The notes under the pieces were generated by a model. That model saw only the letters and a program-made list of their open reading frames with translations. It did not search any database and was not told where the DNA came from. The position numbers were made by a program, and so were the translations under genes. A stretch of 64,000 bases of DNA from an uncultured Verrucomicrobiota bacterium (GTDB taxonomy: Bacteria; Verrucomicrobiota; Verrucomicrobiia; Limisphaerales; CAYMCQ01), in NCBI GenBank assembly GCA_964389025.1, contig CAYMCQ010000002.1:29867-93866 (forward strand). Direction: 5' to 3'. Position 1 is the stretch's first letter. Each line of letters begins with the position of its first letter. Shown here in pieces: positions 28,299 through 37,234 of this stretch.

Positions 28299-29012
28299 TC
28301 CGAGGAAGCGGAGGAGCGGGAAAGTTCGAAAGCGCAGAAGCCGAACTCAAAAGAACCGCCATCAAGCCAGACTGCGAGAAACGGAACGGCGAAAGAAGAC
28401 AACGACACGCCGAACAAGCCGCTCGGTTTCCGATTGGAAAAGCTTGAGCACAATCATTCATACCTCACCCGCCGCGGTCTGACGCCGGAAACGGCCATAG
28501 ACTTCGGCGCAGGCTTCTGTCCTAAAGGCATCATGGCGGCACGCATTGCCATTCCCATCCACAACGTGGAAGGGAAAGTTGTTGCGTATGCCGGACGCTT
28601 CCCCGGAGAACCAACGGATGATACGCCCAAATACAAGCTCCCGCCCGGATTCAAAAAGGGGTTGGAGTTGTTCAACATTGATCGGGCTATCAAGGAGTCT
28701 CCCGACACGCCGCTTGTCATTGTCGAAGGGTTCTTCGACTGCATGAAACTTCACCAGAACGGCTGCAAAAAAGTTGTTGCCCTCATGGGGAGCACCATGT
28801 CAGCCGCGCAGGAGGAACTGATCCGCAGATACACCAACTCACAGAGCCGCGTCATCGCCATCCTTGATGAAGACGAGGCGGGACGCGCAGGCCGGGAGGA
28901 CATCGCCTGTCGCCTCTCGAAGTTCTGCTTCGTGAAGGTTCACCAGTTCGAAAAGCCAGGAATGCAGCCCGAGGACTTGTCCGCAGAGGAACTGTATTCC
29001 CTGCTCGATTGA
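28197..29012 (+). pseudogene. DnaG-like primase, Toprim part only (N-terminal zinc finger missing)
   Basis: 'RIAIPIHN..GKVVAYAGR', 'IVEGFFD', 'VALMGS' and 'LDEDEAGR'; no CHC2 cysteines upstream in frame. Confidence 0.75.
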
Positions 29013-29023
29013 CGAGGTGCGCC

Positions 29024-29329
29024 ATGAATACCACTGGCGAACAAGGGCAATGTCTCGGCCTCATCTTCGAACCTTTCTGGCACAAGTTCCGCCTGCGGGT
29101 GAACGATGTCATCCGAGTTGACGGCAGGCTTGGTAAGGTCATCCGCGTCACTGACTGCGCGGCGGTCGTGCTCATCAACCGACCGGTGCGGCAATTCACC
29201 ACGCGATTTGACAAGCATGTCCGATTGCAGCCCTCGCCCGTTCTGGTTCGGATCTGTTCCAACTCGGATACCGAGGTGCTGAATCGCCAACCAAAGAAAC
29301 GCAAACAACACGAAAGGAGGACTACATGA
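29024..29329 (+). CDS. hypothetical protein
   Basis: Part of a run of overlapping small ORFs between the primase and ArdC. Confidence 0.5.
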   Translation: MNTTGEQGQCLGLIFEPFWHKFRLRVNDVIRVDGRLGKVIRVTDCAAVVLINRPVRQFTTRFDKHVRLQPSPVLVRICSNSDTEVLNRQPKKRKQHERRTT

Positions 29330-29652
29330 ACATATACGAAGGCTGGCGGGAAGGGTGTGCCGCGATTGTGACCGTCAACGACGGACGGCTCAGTCCGCGC
29401 TGGGACTTGTATAACCACAGTCCGAGCGGATTCGAGTGGGGCTACAGTGGAAGCGGCCCGGCGCAACTCTCACTTGCAATCCTGGCTAATCACTTGGGCG
29501 ATGATCGAGAGGCTCTAAACCTCTATCAACGCTTCAAGTGGGCAGTGATTGCCGAGTTGCCTTTTAGGCGCTGGAGGCTGACGAGCCACGACATTGACGA
29601 GGCGCTTTGGTGCATTCGCCGCCACGAAACCGTCGCGGGAGGTGCACCATGA
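29326..29652 (+). CDS. DUF6166-like MGE protein
   Basis: 'HSPSGFEWGYSGSGPAQLSLAILA' motif; ATGA overlap with the previous ORF. Confidence 0.7.
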   Translation: MNIYEGWREGCAAIVTVNDGRLSPRWDLYNHSPSGFEWGYSGSGPAQLSLAILANHLGDDREALNLYQRFKWAVIAELPFRRWRLTSHDIDEALWCIRRHETVAGGAP

Positions 29653-29840
29653 AGTTCGCGGTCAAGCGATACTGGCAACTGTGTGATGAAGTTCACGTGG
29701 ATGCTGACTCCATTGACGACGCTATCGAGCGAGCGCACAAGATGCCGCTCAATGAATTCCAAGGCGATTTTGTCTTGGGTTCATTGAACAGCGATCCACA
29801 CGTTGACGTAGAACAGTTGATGGCGAAAGGCAGATCGTGA
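29649..29840 (+). CDS. small hypothetical protein
   Basis: 4-nt overlaps on both sides (ATGA with the previous ORF, GTGA with the next). Confidence 0.5.
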   Translation: MKFAVKRYWQLCDEVHVDADSIDDAIERAHKMPLNEFQGDFVLGSLNSDPHVDVEQLMAKGRS

Positions 29841-30124
29841 GCACAACTGTTCTCCCCGTTGCCAAGATTCGCCTTGGCAAGATTGTCACCATAGCCAATG
29901 CAAGGTCGCAGTTGTCCGAGGAGGAAATTCTCAAAGACATTCAGCGACATCAGGCGGGAGATTGGGGTGACTTGTATGAGCATGAGCACAAGGCAAACGA
30001 TCTTGCCATCGTTCAAGGCACACGCATTTGGTCGGTGTATCACAGCGAGAAAGGCGTGAAGTTCTGGATCATCACCGAAGCGAACCGTTCGTTAACGACG
30101 GTGCTGCTCCCGGAAGACTACTGA
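29837..30124 (+). CDS. conserved plasmid/ICE-associated small protein
   Basis: 'RHQAGDWGDL...N...IWSVY...WIITEANRSLTTVLLPEDY' is a motif common in MGE backbones. Confidence 0.75.
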   Translation: MSTTVLPVAKIRLGKIVTIANARSQLSEEEILKDIQRHQAGDWGDLYEHEHKANDLAIVQGTRIWSVYHSEKGVKFWIITEANRSLTTVLLPEDY

Positions 30125-30129
30125 TTCAA

Positions 30130-30163
30130 CAACCTCTCTCATCCCGAGGGAGGTTGCTTTTTT
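30130..30163 (+). terminator. rho-independent terminator
   Basis: CAACCTCTCTC-ATCCC-GAGGGAGGTTG stem followed by CTTTTTT. Confidence 0.6.
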
Positions 30164-30272
30164 CCTGGTCAAAGCGACCGCACTTCCCCGCTGAAGTGCC
30201 GTCCGCGCTTCCAGTTGAGAATCCCCAAACCAGAAGCAACCCGCATGGGTGGACGGCAAGAAAGTGAGTTCT

Positions 30273-31589
30273 ATGAAAAGTGACGTATATCAGATCATAA
30301 CGGACAGGATTGTTCGCCTGCTCGAATCGGGAACCGTTCCCTGGCACAAGCCGTGGAAAGGCGGAGATCAGTGGCCACAAAACTTTGTGAGCCGGAAGGT
30401 GTATCGGGGAATCAATCTGTTTCTCCTAAACACAGCCGGATACCCATCTCCATACTGGCTGACTTTCAAGCAGGTTCAAATGCTTGGAGGTTCGGTGAAG
30501 AAAGGTGAGCGCTCGTTTCCAGTTGTGTTCTGGAAAATGTTCAAGGATGAAGAGGACGGTGAAACCAAGAACATTCCGTTCCTTCGCTATCACAGCGTCT
30601 TTAATGTCGCTCAATGTGAAGGAGTCAATGTTCCCGTCATTCAAATGGGTGAACCCAAGCCGCAGTTTCAAGCGATTGAGAACTGTGAACGGGTGGTGAG
30701 AGGTATGCCCAAACCACCTGCCATCAATCACCATGGCGTCCGTGCCTGCTATTCCCCATCGCAAGATGAGATCAGTATGCCGGAGGCGATACTGTTTGAA
30801 ACGAGTGCGGACTATTACAGCACGCTCTTCCATGAGTTGACACATGCCACAGGGCACGTCTCCAGATTGAACCGCAAGGGAATCACCGACCCGATTAGGT
30901 TCGGAAGCGATCCATACAGCCGGGAGGAATTGGTTGCTGAAATGGGTTCTGCGTTCTTGTGCGGTCACTGTGAGATTGAGAACAAGACCATCGCTCAATC
31001 CGCCAGTTATATTCAAAACTGGTTGGAGCGGCTGAAGGAGGACCGGAAGCTTGTGGTTCACGCGGCGGCACAGGCCCAAAAAGCGTGTGACTTCATCCTC
31101 GACAGAAAAGTGGAGGATGAAGGGCCGACAGAATACCAGCCGAAGGAGTTCAAGGTGGTTGCGCTACGAGAATGTCCGGTGCCAGAGTCCATGCAGATGT
31201 GTGACACGCCAGACGGTGCAGCCGACTATTGGCGGTTGCACGTCGCCACCAATCCATACTTCAACCCAGAGTGCGAATGTTTCGCCGTGCTGCTTTTGAA
31301 CACACGAAGGCGGGTGAAGGGGCATCACTTGGTGAGCATCGGCACGTTGGACACAATTCTTGTGAATCCGCGAGAAGTGTTCCGAGTTGCGGTCATCGGA
31401 AGCGCGGCGGCAATCGTGCTCATGCACAATCATCCGAGCGGCGACGCGACTCCCTCAGAAGCAGACATCAAAGTGACGCGCGATTTAATCCGCGCCGGGC
31501 AGCTTCTCAAAATCGAAGTGCTTGACCACGTCGTCATGGGGAATCCGAGCCGAGTCTCATTGCGAGAGCTAGGGTTCTTCTATTCGTAA
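30273..31589 (+). CDS. ArdC-like antirestriction protein (ssDNA-binding + zincin) fused to a RadC/JAB domain
   Basis: 'VYQIITDRIV..LE.GTVPWHKPW', 'YRGINLF', 'TLFHELTHATGH' and 'EELVAE', then 'HNHPSGDATPSEAD...LDHVV'. Confidence 0.9.
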   Translation: MKSDVYQIITDRIVRLLESGTVPWHKPWKGGDQWPQNFVSRKVYRGINLFLLNTAGYPSPYWLTFKQVQMLGGSVKKGERSFPVVFWKMFKDEEDGETKNIPFLRYHSVFNVAQCEGVNVPVIQMGEPKPQFQAIENCERVVRGMPKPPAINHHGVRACYSPSQDEISMPEAILFETSADYYSTLFHELTHATGHVSRLNRKGITDPIRFGSDPYSREELVAEMGSAFLCGHCEIENKTIAQSASYIQNWLERLKEDRKLVVHAAAQAQKACDFILDRKVEDEGPTEYQPKEFKVVALRECPVPESMQMCDTPDGAADYWRLHVATNPYFNPECECFAVLLLNTRRRVKGHHLVSIGTLDTILVNPREVFRVAVIGSAAAIVLMHNHPSGDATPSEADIKVTRDLIRAGQLLKIEVLDHVVMGNPSRVSLRELGFFYS

Positions 31590-31600
31590 ATATCAAATCG

Positions 31601-31636
31601 AATCCCCGATTCAAGGAGACTTGACGGGGATTTTTT
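31601..31636 (+). terminator. rho-independent terminator
   Basis: AATCCCCG..TCAAG-GAGA-CTTGA-CGGGGATT followed by a T-run. Confidence 0.6.
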
Positions 31637-31930
31637 CAGATCGCGCCCGGTGGTTTAAGTCCTACAAATCTGCAAGACAAAGGTATGCGCCCGCAATTAA
31701 TTTGAAAGTGCCAAGACAATTGAACCAATTGAATATCGTGTCGGCAGAAAAGAAAAGTTGATCGCTCGTTCTCGAGAACGCTTTGCAACAAAGCGAACGG
31801 TGGTGGAAAATAAACTGAGTCATTGGCTTCGCGCATTAGCAGAATTATGAAGAAATAGAAATTCATCAACTTGCTCGTAATCCTTAATTTTGAGATAATG
31901 CACTTAACTTCTAGGGCGATATAAAATATT

Positions 31931-32449
31931 ATGACAAAAAATGTCTATATCGGAAAGAGCGATCTCGGACGCGGATTATTCGCAAAGACATATTTTAGAA
32001 AGGGGGATGTAATTTGTATTTTAACGGGCCCCGTAATTCGGTTTGAAGACACCCTGAGAAAATTGCGTGCACAATCCTACCCGCTGCAAATTGGACCTGA
32101 CACCTATCTCGATATTGGAGCTCCCGGTTGTTTCGCAAATCATTCCTGCGAACCAAATGCGGGCATTCGCAACGATGTTGAATTGACCGCGCTCACGGCT
32201 ATAAAACAAAAGCAGGAAATCAGATTCGATTACTCGACCACCATGGATGAAAATTATTTTGTTATGCGCTGTCGCTGTAGATCATCAAGATGTCGAAAAA
32301 TGATCAAGGATTTCCGGTGCCTCAGCCCCAGATTGAGAAAGAAATATCTCTCGCTTGGGGTCGTGATGAATTTCATCCGATCTAGTCTTGTGGGCCGAAA
32401 TGGAAAAACCACAATCCATAAAAACCCGGATTTTTATAAAGCTGCGTGA
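31931..32449 (+). CDS. SET-domain protein with post-SET cysteines
   Basis: 'GRGLFA', 'FANHSCEPNA', 'EIRFDYS' and 'CRCRSSRCR'. Confidence 0.9.
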   Translation: MTKNVYIGKSDLGRGLFAKTYFRKGDVICILTGPVIRFEDTLRKLRAQSYPLQIGPDTYLDIGAPGCFANHSCEPNAGIRNDVELTALTAIKQKQEIRFDYSTTMDENYFVMRCRCRSSRCRKMIKDFRCLSPRLRKKYLSLGVVMNFIRSSLVGRNGKTTIHKNPDFYKAA

Positions 32450-32454
32450 TTGCT

Positions 32455-33072
32455 CTAACTCACCTTAGTTACCTTTTTTATCTTTTTTACGTCCAGCCGA
32501 TAGGACTCGAACAAATCTATTTCTGCAATCGCGGCATCTGCCTCTCCAAGTTCACTTAAAGTCGCTTCGGAAAGTCCTTCCTCTAGCCTAGTCGCAATCG
32601 CCCTCGCGATGTCAAGTCGTGACCATTGTGAAACCTTCGCTGCAAGATGTATTCGTTGCTCATCAGGACAGTAATTAAAAAGAACCCATTCCATTTCTCC
32701 ATTTACTCGCTTAAAAATGTCGAGTGGAAATAATCGGCATGTAAGAGGTCGATCTTCATAAATCGTACATTTCCCGGTTTGTTTATCAAGCATCGAGCAC
32801 ACACCATTTTTTCTTTTAACAAATTTGAATCCTTTATATTCGAAAAAAGGAACCCCTCGGCTTTGTAAGTGTTTAACTTCAGATTTTAGGACGTAAGCTG
32901 CTCCGCCATTAGTACAACATTGCGAGCAACCATTGCACTTTACAAGGGAAGTGGTTGGAGTTTTTTCGAATATTACAGAGCAGGGCATTGGATTGTAGAG
33001 ATCTTCATATTGAACATTGACGTTCCCATAAATTGCTAGCCGAGAGCTCGCGTCTAGTCCTTTTTGCAGCAC
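32455..33072 (-). CDS. YkgJ-family Cys-cluster (Fe-S/Zn) protein; likely start at 32988
   Basis: 'CNGCSQCC', 'CSMLD...CTIYEDRPLTCRLFP' and 'YCP'. Confidence 0.85.
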   Translation of the reverse strand: MLQKGLDASSRLAIYGNVNVQYEDLYNPMPCSVIFEKTPTTSLVKCNGCSQCCTNGGAAYVLKSEVKHLQSRGVPFFEYKGFKFVKRKNGVCSMLDKQTGKCTIYEDRPLTCRLFPLDIFKRVNGEMEWVLFNYCPDEQRIHLAAKVSQWSRLDIARAIATRLEEGLSEATLSELGEADAAIAEIDLFESYRLDVKKIKKVTKVS

Positions 33073-34480
33073 CTGAGCTCACGTTCTCGCAAAAAAACCA
33101 GACCTCACGGTGCATCGGATCGCCCGTTTTCTTAAAATGGGCAATCTGATTCGCATATCGTCCGGAGGTGCCCAATCTTTTGCCGTCTTCGTCTAAAAGG
33201 CATTCAAGATCGAGCCATTCTTGCCCGAGCACGCTATTTTTTCGTAATGCTGGATGCGGCTTGTAAAGAAGGAGATCTTTTGATTGAGAATTTAGTTGGT
33301 TCACCAAACCCAAAACATCCGAGAGATCCTTGGAAGCCTTCAATTCCCAACATCCAAGCGGATCAAAAACTTGGCCGGCGGCCAATCTGTTTGTCAGCAA
33401 ACGGCTTTTCGGCTCGTCTGATTCTCGCATATGTCCCAATAACTCGTCATCTCCCATCAAGAGATAAGCTGTTAGCTGCTGTCTGTTTAAGCCAGAAGCC
33501 TTCAGTCGATCCAAGTATTCACCCAAAGACCAATTACACATTGCATCAAGTGACATGCTTTTGGGATGGAGAAAACAATCCAGTGTCAAACGTTCTCTCA
33601 TGTGGAGCAACGATAACGCGTGGCCGACCGCTTCGCGATCCAACCTCATCTTCACCGGCGGTGAAGTTTTCGTCCCCTCTATCGTTAGCCCATGCAGAAG
33701 TGCCTGATAATTAAATCCAATTTCTAATCCAGTAAATTCACTGTCACGCCTGTAATGATCAATCCGATCTAAATCAAGTAACCCGCTTGTCAATGCGTGA
33801 AGAATTCGAGCTTGTCTCTTCCGACGGTCATCGCCCGTTTGTAGGTATACCTCGTTGCCGGTAATAAGGTAACAAAGCAAGTCAACCTCTAGACGATTCC
33901 TTCCACTGGCCTCCTCCATGTTTTCAATCACATTCCGAATACGCGGCGGATTGTCTGCACCCTTCGAAGCGATAGACATAGCTTCCGTGGCCAAACCACG
34001 ACCCAAAATTATGTCGCAAGCCACCTCTTCATGATTGAGCTTGACCCCTAACAGCTCGGTGATTTTTGTATTACCCTCGATGAGATGAGAAAAAGCGAAA
34101 TGACCTAAATCGTGAAGTAATAGCGCAATCAAGAACTCCTCCTCCCACTGTCGACGTCCTAGCCACTTACCGAGTACATCAGTATCATTACCTTCATCGG
34201 GGTCGGAAATTTTGACGGAAGCAGAAGCAGCGAAGCCCAAATGGCAGCATCCGAGGGAATGTGCAAATCGTGTGTGAGTTGCTGATGGGAACACGAGATA
34301 TAACAAACCAGATTGTCTCAATCGTGAAAGCCGGGTGAATTCAAATGAATCAATCAATGGAGTTACAGCCTTTCTCACATGAGAGTCCCCCGAGACGCTG
34401 AAAGCACTCCTCGGTCTTGAACTTACCGGGTCTTGGAGCACTACAACCTTATAAAGAGGATCAAAATAACCCCGCTTCAT
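33005..34480 (-). CDS. HD-domain phosphohydrolase (SAMHD1/YdhJ-like dNTP triphosphohydrolase)
   Basis: 'RLSRLRQSGL...VFPSATHTRFAHSLG', 'LLHDLGHFAFSH' and 'LDLDRIDHYRRD'; the H-HD-D set is intact. Confidence 0.88.
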   Translation of the reverse strand: MKRGYFDPLYKVVVLQDPVSSRPRSAFSVSGDSHVRKAVTPLIDSFEFTRLSRLRQSGLLYLVFPSATHTRFAHSLGCCHLGFAASASVKISDPDEGNDTDVLGKWLGRRQWEEEFLIALLLHDLGHFAFSHLIEGNTKITELLGVKLNHEEVACDIILGRGLATEAMSIASKGADNPPRIRNVIENMEEASGRNRLEVDLLCYLITGNEVYLQTGDDRRKRQARILHALTSGLLDLDRIDHYRRDSEFTGLEIGFNYQALLHGLTIEGTKTSPPVKMRLDREAVGHALSLLHMRERLTLDCFLHPKSMSLDAMCNWSLGEYLDRLKASGLNRQQLTAYLLMGDDELLGHMRESDEPKSRLLTNRLAAGQVFDPLGCWELKASKDLSDVLGLVNQLNSQSKDLLLYKPHPALRKNSVLGQEWLDLECLLDEDGKRLGTSGRYANQIAHFKKTGDPMHREVWFFCENVSSGAAKRTRRELSASNLWERQCSI

Positions 34481-35241
34481 GTGGCCCCTTTCGCTATCTT
34501 TTTTGCCAAGCGAGAATATTCCTCATGGACAGTTGCGTTCTCTGCTTTTCCACTTTGTACAATTAATGAGTCATCAAAATAGCGAAGCGGATCGTATGGA
34601 ATAATAAAATCGGGCTTCTGACGAACTTCTTTCTGAAAGAGCGTGAGTGCTGCGTTCAGTTTAGGGCTGTTAATGGGGACAGCGTTCGCCACAATGCTGT
34701 AACTGATGCCTCGCTCGCGAAAAATTGTCCTCAGCCCACGGACACCTTGTCGATTTTGTTTATCCAATCTGCACGAAATCACGGCCTGAGTCGCTAATTG
34801 CAAACTAAAAGCTGCCTGCAACGAAACACCACTACGTGTATCGAGAAGAAGGTGATTTAAGTCGAATGATGACTGCATCGCTTTAAATAGATTTCGCAAG
34901 TACGCTGTTGTGCTTGCTTCCGTCCATCTAACTTGATCGTTCAAATCCGCATTGCCAGAACATGGAAGGCATAAGACGCGGACTTCCTTTGCTATTGAAA
35001 TCTCGACTGCATGTTTTTCCACATCGGCAACAGATGCGTGTTTTGCCAGCAGTTGTAAGAGATCGTGTTTTTCAGTGTCAATGTCGTACAGCGTAGCCAG
35101 GCTTGGGGCCTCAATGTCTAAATCTACAATTCCGACCTTTAACCCTTCACGTGCCAAAATCGCCGCAACATTTAGCACGGTCGATGTTTTGCCAGTACCG
35201 CCTTTGTGGGAATAGAATGTTGTGATGGCTTGTTTACTCAC
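34477..35241 (-). CDS. MinD/ParA-family ATPase
   Basis: Deviant Walker A 'FYSHKGGTGKT', 'VDLDIEAP' and 'LLDTRSG'; its stop overlaps the HD start (ATGA). Confidence 0.88.
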   Translation of the reverse strand: MSKQAITTFYSHKGGTGKTSTVLNVAAILAREGLKVGIVDLDIEAPSLATLYDIDTEKHDLLQLLAKHASVADVEKHAVEISIAKEVRVLCLPCSGNADLNDQVRWTEASTTAYLRNLFKAMQSSFDLNHLLLDTRSGVSLQAAFSLQLATQAVISCRLDKQNRQGVRGLRTIFRERGISYSIVANAVPINSPKLNAALTLFQKEVRQKPDFIIPYDPLRYFDDSLIVQSGKAENATVHEEYSRLAKKIAKGAT

Positions 35242-35243
35242 AG

Positions 35244-36662
35244 TCAGTTTTTGGTGCTACGTTTTTTACGGCTCTTTCCAGAACTCGAATGGGCCGCTTG
35301 CGGCTTTCGTTTTGGTCCGCCTCGTGATGCCCGTTGCATCTTGCCTAAAATTTTCTCGGTGTCCTCATGGGCCGCATAATTGTATAAGCCATCGGCAACA
35401 ATTTTCGCAATCGTGTCCAAAATTTTCGCCTCTGTTAGGACTTCTTTAATTTGTGGTTTTAGCTTCGCTAAATTGAGATTTAATTCCACGTCCAAGTCAC
35501 TGAACTCATCTCCGAAGAGTAACAAGTCTGTCACAATACTCGGCATCGCAGAAACGGAAACTTCGCCGTTATACCATAGATTCGAGTCGGGATCCTGCAT
35601 TGCGAACAGTTCGTTTCGGAATCCGTCAACCTTCTGTCTAAATTCGTCTTCTTCTGTAATTTTTTTCAATCCCTCGCACCGCTTCATCTCAACGAGGGTC
35701 GTGATAATACCGCCATGCTCAGTTCGATGTTCGAAGTAGGTTCCTGATCCACTCGCCGAGATTGTATGATGAAAAACCTTTTTTCCTTTGATAGGTTCTT
35801 TGAGTAAATTTAGAAACCCCTCTGCCACAGCTTCAACTATGCGCTGTTGCTCCTTGTCCAGTTCCTTCCAGCAAACGAGGAGGGCCCTCAGCCCCCAACA
35901 GCTATAGACTAGTTTTTCGTACGGTGTTAAATTCTTAGGTTCAAAATTGGTCTCCGCTCCCGAGAAGATAACTCCGTCCTTTGAGCAACTTAAAATATAT
36001 TTGCATGCGCCTTTGACAAGCGCTTTTGCTTTTTCACAACGTGTCGGTTCCCAAAAATCTTTCATCCTTGGATGACGAGCGCAACGCTCTACGGCAAGCA
36101 CAAACACAGCAGTAAAATATGTATTATATGGTGTTGGCCCTCCCCGTTGATTCACATTGGTCGGAGCCCAAGCGCATCCCGAACTTTCACTTCGATGAAA
36201 GTTTCCCTCCGTGGTCAACAAGTCAAAGGCCTTTATTGCGAATAGGCGGAGAATGTCTTCACCAATGGCGACGCTTCCCTCTGAATCAAGAATGTCACAA
36301 CAAAGATGAAGAACATCGCAAGCGAAGTCGACAGCTTGATCGTCTTTGCAAACATGAAACGAATATGGGCTTGGGAAAAAACCGTCCGAATTTATGAGGG
36401 TGAAAACATTTTGAACATCTTTTTCAAGCCATGGCTTTACAACCTTTTCAATGCGGCTCCAGACGCGAGAATATTTCGCTGCTTTAATAAAGCAGGAAAG
36501 TGCATCGAGGCGTTTATAGGACTGCGTTTCTGTAGGCTCCCTTTCCACCTCATCGTCCTGCCACTTCCCATCATCACTGCGGCGGTTCGACAAAGCAATT
36601 AATGAATCAACAAGTTGCTTATGTGTAGCGTTCGTATTTCCAACGATTCGCGGTTCAGCCAT
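35244..36662 (-). CDS. hypothetical helical protein, possible (alpha/alpha)-barrel with QW-like repeats
   Basis: Repeated 'SDDGKW', 'NSDGFF', 'SKDGVI' and 'QDPDSNLW' turns; basic C-terminal tail; ends 2 nt before the ParA GTG start. Confidence 0.65.
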   Translation of the reverse strand: MAEPRIVGNTNATHKQLVDSLIALSNRRSDDGKWQDDEVEREPTETQSYKRLDALSCFIKAAKYSRVWSRIEKVVKPWLEKDVQNVFTLINSDGFFPSPYSFHVCKDDQAVDFACDVLHLCCDILDSEGSVAIGEDILRLFAIKAFDLLTTEGNFHRSESSGCAWAPTNVNQRGGPTPYNTYFTAVFVLAVERCARHPRMKDFWEPTRCEKAKALVKGACKYILSCSKDGVIFSGAETNFEPKNLTPYEKLVYSCWGLRALLVCWKELDKEQQRIVEAVAEGFLNLLKEPIKGKKVFHHTISASGSGTYFEHRTEHGGIITTLVEMKRCEGLKKITEEDEFRQKVDGFRNELFAMQDPDSNLWYNGEVSVSAMPSIVTDLLLFGDEFSDLDVELNLNLAKLKPQIKEVLTEAKILDTIAKIVADGLYNYAAHEDTEKILGKMQRASRGGPKRKPQAAHSSSGKSRKKRSTKN

Positions 36663-36741
36663 TGTAATAGTGGGTTTCGGGTGATGCTATGACAACAACC
36701 TCCTCTGTCAAGCGAGTTGCAATAAAATAAAAAGTCAGCGA

Positions 36742-37035
36742 CCTCCGGCAAAGCCGGAGGCTTGAGGAAGGTTGAGCGGCTCAAAGCCGCGCGGCCCTTC
36801 GGGCAAACGTTCCATCGTCCTGTTCCAAAATAACGTCCCTTCTTCGCCAATATTTATTCCCCTGTCCCTCGATGCTTTCGACTATTCCAAAATCCGTTTT
36901 TCCATCTGCTCACCTGCCTACAAATAGTTGGTTTTATCACCTCCACACAGTTGTCAGCTAAGGCGTAAACCCTTACCCTTTCTCCCACACTCCCGGAACT
37001 GTCAAACTTCGGGAGTCCTCCGGCAGAGCCGGAGG
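36742..37035. mobile_element. IS200/IS605-like non-autonomous remnant (two subterminal hairpins, no transposase)
   Basis: CCTCCGGC-AAA-GCCGGAGG (36742-36760) and CCTCCGGC-AGA-GCCGGAGG (37017-37035), plus an ACTCCCG...CGGGAGT inverted repeat. Confidence 0.6.
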
Positions 37036-37234
37036 ATTTATTTGCGATTAAGATTTCTCGATCGGTCTTCCTGAATTGATCCGCAAGAGGTGAGTGAATA
37101 GATTGCATGACAGCGCAATATGCACTTGCGTAGTTATTCTGGCCTTGTCAAAACAGCAAGGCCTTTTTATTACATCGGATGAAGCTTAACCCGCAGCACG
37201 CTAAAACGAATTCTATAACGTAGCATAAAATACT

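Noticed and set aside
34477-35241. ParA as the island's partitioning gene
   Set aside because: No ParB or parS repeats were seen, and it is translationally coupled to an HD hydrolase, so it is more likely a MinD-like conflict ATPase.
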